Positions 60,771 through 64,000 of a DNA stretch of 64,000 nt are shown piece by piece. Source of the DNA: an uncultured delta proteobacterium (lineage in GTDB: Bacteria; Desulfobacterota; Desulfomonilia; UBA1062); NCBI GenBank assembly GCA_963785235.1, contig CAWAUM010000002.1:64001-128000 (forward strand). The letters are read 5' to 3'. The notes under the pieces are model-generated. The model made no database searches. It saw only the letters and a program-made list of their open reading frames with translations, and had not been told where the DNA came from. The stretch's first letter is position 1; every line of letters starts with the position of its first letter. Made by a program: the position numbers and the translations under genes.

Positions 60771-61838
60771 ATGCTCGAAAAACTCAAGGAGATAGAGGAA
60801 CGCTATCAGCAGCTCTCCGATCTCCTCGCCGATGAGAAGATCCTTGCCGACCATACCCAGTATACCGCTGCCGCCAAAGAGCAGGCCTCCCTTGAGGAAA
60901 TCATGGGACCCTTCCGCCGGCTTAAGCTGGTATTCGCTGATATTGCCGAACACGAAACCATGCTTGACGACCCGGACCCCGAGATCAGGGTGCTCGTGAA
61001 GGGTGAGCTCGAGTCCCTGAAGGACGAAAGGCAGCATATCGAACAGCAGATCCGAATGCTCTTCATCCCCAAGGACCCGTACGACAACCGCGATGTCATC
61101 CTGGAGATCAGGGCCGGTACCGGCGGCGATGAGGCAGCCCTGTTTGCTGCGGACCTCTTTCGGATGTATACCCGTTATGCCGAAGTGAGGCGCTGGTCTA
61201 TTGAAGTCCTGTCCATCAATGAGACCGGCATCGGCGGCATCAAAGAGGTCATCGCAGGCATCAAGGGCAAAGACGCCTATGCCCGGCTCAAATATGAGAG
61301 CGGGGTCCACCGGGTCCAGCGTGTCCCTGCCACTGAGGCGAGCGGAAGGATCCACACCTCGGCCGTCACGGTTGCAGTGCTGCCCGAGGCAGAGGAAGTG
61401 GATGTAAGCATTGACGCCAATGACCTGAAGATCGACACCTACCGGGCTTCCGGGGCAGGCGGCCAGCATGTGAACAAGACCGAGTCGGCCATACGCATCA
61501 CCCACATCCCCACCGGGATCGTGGTTACCTGTCAGGACGAGAAGTCCCAGCACAAGAACAAGGCTAAGGCCTTACGGGTGATCCGCACCCGCATCCTCCA
61601 GCAGAGGCAGGAGGACCAGGATCGCGAGATCGCCTCCCAGAGACGCTCCCAGGTTGGCACCGGAGACAGGAGCGAGCGGATCCGCACCTATAACTATCCC
61701 CAGGGCCGCGTCACGGACCACCGGGTAAACCTTACCCTGCACAGGCTCCCCCAGATCCTTGAGGGGGATATCGACGAGATCATCGACGGGCTTACCGCCC
61801 ATTACCAGGCCGAGGCACTCAAGAAGACCGGGAGCTGA
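60771..61838 (+). CDS. prfA: Peptide chain release factor 1
   Basis: [16 protein letters not shown] (PxT), [15 protein letters not shown]. Confidence 0.97.
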   Translation: MLEKLKEIEERYQQLSDLLADEKILADHTQYTAAAKEQASLEEIMGPFRRLKLVFADIAEHETMLDDPDPEIRVLVKGELESLKDERQHIEQQIRMLFIPKDPYDNRDVILEIRAGTGGDEAALFAADLFRMYTRYAEVRRWSIEVLSINETGIGGIKEVIAGIKGKDAYARLKYESGVHRVQRVPATEASGRIHTSAVTVAVLPEAEEVDVSIDANDLKIDTYRASGAGGQHVNKTESAIRITHIPTGIVVTCQDEKSQHKNKAKALRVIRTRILQQRQEDQDREIASQRRSQVGTGDRSERIRTYNYPQGRVTDHRVNLTLHRLPQILEGDIDEIIDGLTAHYQAEALKKTGS

Positions 61839-61843
61839 AGGGA

Positions 61844-62696
61844 GTGGCAAAAACCATCTCCGAGGCGCTCACACATGCCAGGGGCCTTCTTGCAGACCAG
61901 GGCATAGACTCGGCCTTCATCGATGCCGACCTGCTCCTGGCACACTCCCTTAATATCAGAAGGATCGACCTCATCATCCACCGCGACCGCATGCTCACGG
62001 TCGAAGAGATGGATGACTTCAGCGACCTTATGGAGCGCAGGATCTCTCACGAACCGGTGGCATACATAACAGGCATCAAGGAGTTCTTCGGCATGCCCTT
62101 TATGGTCAACCCCCACGTTCTTATCCCCAGGCCCGAGACCGAGATCCTGGTGGAGCAGACAATTGCGCTGGCACCAAAAAGCGCTACGGTTTTCGAGATT
62201 GGGGTGGGCTCCGGTGCAGTGATCATCTCAATTTTAAGTGAACGCCAAGACCTCAAAGGTGTGGGTAATGACATCAGCATCCCTGCCCTAATCACTGCAC
62301 GGGTCAATGCCGCCACCCATAGTGTCTCAGATAGGCTCCGTCTCTTTGCGGGCAATGTCATGGAAGCCATCGGCAGCTCCTGGCCCATGATAATAGCAAA
62401 CCCGCCCTATATCCGTATGGATGAAATGAACGAGCCTGGATGATGATGTCAGTCTTTATGAGCCGGCAAAAGCCCTTTTCGGTGGAAAAGACGGGCTTGA
62501 TATTGTAAAAGAGATCATCAAAGGATTGAGCGGACATCTGACCATGGGCGGCATGCTCATCATGGAGGCCGGCCGGGGCCAGAAAGAGGCCATCGACTCT
62601 TTGGTGGGATCCCATAAATCGCTGAAGATAAGGACCTGGATACATGACCTTGCAGGTATAGAAAGGGTCGTGATCGTAGAGAGGATTCATGGATAA
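61844..62696 (+). CDS. prmC: Release factor glutamine methyltransferase, frameshift near 62432
   Basis: EPVAYI, VLIPRPETE, IGVGSG, NPPY. Continuation YEPAKALFGGKDGL...DLAGIER ends TAA 62696. Confidence 0.92.
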
Positions 62697-63954
62697 ATTC
62701 ATTATATCGGGCGGCAATTCTCTGCGGGGAGAGGTGAGCGTTTCCGGGTCCAAAAATGCAGCGCTGCCCATACTCTGCTCATCGCTGCTCTCTGATGGCT
62801 TATGCACCTATACAAATGTGCCGCGTCTCATGGATATCAGCACCATTTGCGCGGTGCTTGCAAAACTGGGCGTCAAGGCGGACAGGCCCGAACACAACAC
62901 CGTAGTCCTCGACCCTAAAGGCGTCAATGCCTTTGAGGCCCCCTATGACCTGGTCAAGAGCATGAGGGCATCCATCCTGGTCCTTGGGCCGCTCCTTGCC
63001 AAATATGGAAAGGCCAAGGTATCACTGCCCGGTGGATGCGCCATCGGGGTGAGGCCCATTGACATGCATCTGAAGGCCTTTGCCAAGATGGGGGCGGCCA
63101 TAGAGCTATCCCATGGGTATGTCATGGCCACTGCAAACAAATTGAAGGGTGCCCGTATCGTGTTCGACAACACAACGGTGGGCGGCACGGAAAATGTCAT
63201 GATGGCTGCATGCCTGGCCGAAGGCACAACCATTATCGAGGGTGCGGCGAGGGAACCCGAGGTCGTGGACCTGGCCGGAGCCCTGAATGCCATGGGCGCC
63301 CGAATCGAGGGTATAGGAGAGAGTACCATGGTCATCGAAGGGGTAAAGTCTCTCTCAGGCCTTAACTACAAGGTCATACCCGACAGGATAGAGCTGGGCA
63401 CCCTCATTGTTGCAGCCGCCATCACCAAGGGGGCTCTCACCATCAGGGACACAAGGCCGGATCATGCTGCAGCCATCATTGATAAGCTTGCCGAGATGGG
63501 TGTAAAGATCAGCGAAGGTGAAGCTGGTGTGGTCCAGGTTAACGGGGACTGCGACCTGAAGCCTGTTAACATAATGACTGTGCCCTACCCCGGGTTCCCC
63601 ACGGACATGCAGGCCCAGATAATGGCCCTGGCCTGTATCTCGCCCGGGGTTTCCGACATCACGGAGAACATCTTCGAGAACCGGTTCATGCATGTACCAG
63701 AGCTTGTGCGCATGGGGGCCAACCTCGAAGAAAAGGGCAGGACCGTAATCGTGCGCGGCATTGAGAGGTTCCAGGGGGCGTCCGTCATGGCCACGGACCT
63801 GAGGGCCTCGGCCAGCCTTGTGCTTGCAGCGTTAAATGCCACCGGATATACCGAGATAAGGAGGATCTACCATCTCGACCGGGGCTATGAAGGGCTGGAC
63901 AAGAAACTTATCAAGCTCGGCGCAGAGGTGTCCAGGGAAAAGGGCGGTCTTTGA
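62689..63954 (+). CDS. murA: UDP-N-acetylglucosamine 1-carboxyvinyltransferase
   Basis: GSKNAALP, MRAS, LPGGCAIG.RP, PGFPTDMQ, DLRASA, HLDRGYE. Confidence 0.97.
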   Translation: MDKFIISGGNSLRGEVSVSGSKNAALPILCSSLLSDGLCTYTNVPRLMDISTICAVLAKLGVKADRPEHNTVVLDPKGVNAFEAPYDLVKSMRASILVLGPLLAKYGKAKVSLPGGCAIGVRPIDMHLKAFAKMGAAIELSHGYVMATANKLKGARIVFDNTTVGGTENVMMAACLAEGTTIIEGAAREPEVVDLAGALNAMGARIEGIGESTMVIEGVKSLSGLNYKVIPDRIELGTLIVAAAITKGALTIRDTRPDHAAAIIDKLAEMGVKISEGEAGVVQVNGDCDLKPVNIMTVPYPGFPTDMQAQIMALACISPGVSDITENIFENRFMHVPELVRMGANLEEKGRTVIVRGIERFQGASVMATDLRASASLVLAALNATGYTEIRRIYHLDRGYEGLDKKLIKLGAEVSREKGGL

Positions 63955-64000
63955 TGATAACCATAAATACGAAGGATCAAGGCTGGAATGAAAGGCTTTT
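63954..64000 (+). CDS. Start of a translationally coupled downstream gene (identity unclear, possibly hisD)
   Basis: TGATG overlap with the murA stop. Only 15 codons (MITINTKDQGWNERL) are visible. Confidence 0.35.
   Translation, partial: MITINTKDQGWNERL

Noticed and set aside
1-64000. CRISPR array, integrase, transposase, prophage or defence genes
   Set aside because: I saw no regularly spaced direct repeats and no ORF with the relevant motifs.

Overview
Bacterial DNA with gene content and synteny typical of an anaerobic Desulfobacterota/deltaproteobacterium (inference from recA-pilT-recX-alaS, PurS-fused purL, flgL-fliW and class III PHA synthase). 1-17 kb: two differently built beta-oxidation modules, an SDR, a polyferredoxin, a chaperone-usher pilus cluster, an amidase and an acyl-CoA ligase. 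17-26 kb: fhs behind a catalytically degenerate ACT-SerB, then two orphan Liv-type binding proteins with a hybrid histidine kinase. 26-44 kb: mostly housekeeping genes (ybaB-recR-mtaD, flgL-fliW, mobB, rlmI-like, the pgpA-cinA-thpR-recA-pilT-recX-alaS-hisB-X-hisA-hinT run, asnS, tRNA-Gly). 44-48 kb: a phaE-phaC-GAF/GAF-phaJ cluster. 48-64 kb: purQL, dksA, moeA, a degenerate-GGDEF/HDOD plus GAF-adenylate cyclase pair, and rho-rpmE-prfA-prmC-murA. Many genes carry single-base frameshifts, densest at 3-10 kb, and most are probably read or assembly indels. I saw no CRISPR array, integrase, transposase or rRNA. All calls come from reading motifs by eye; no database search was run. Best leads: the GGDEF(I-site)-HDOD/cyclase pair, pseudo-SerB-fhs, the effector-less GAF-GAF gene in the pha operon, a perfect 27-bp inverted repeat, and the AT-rich 3' end of alaS.
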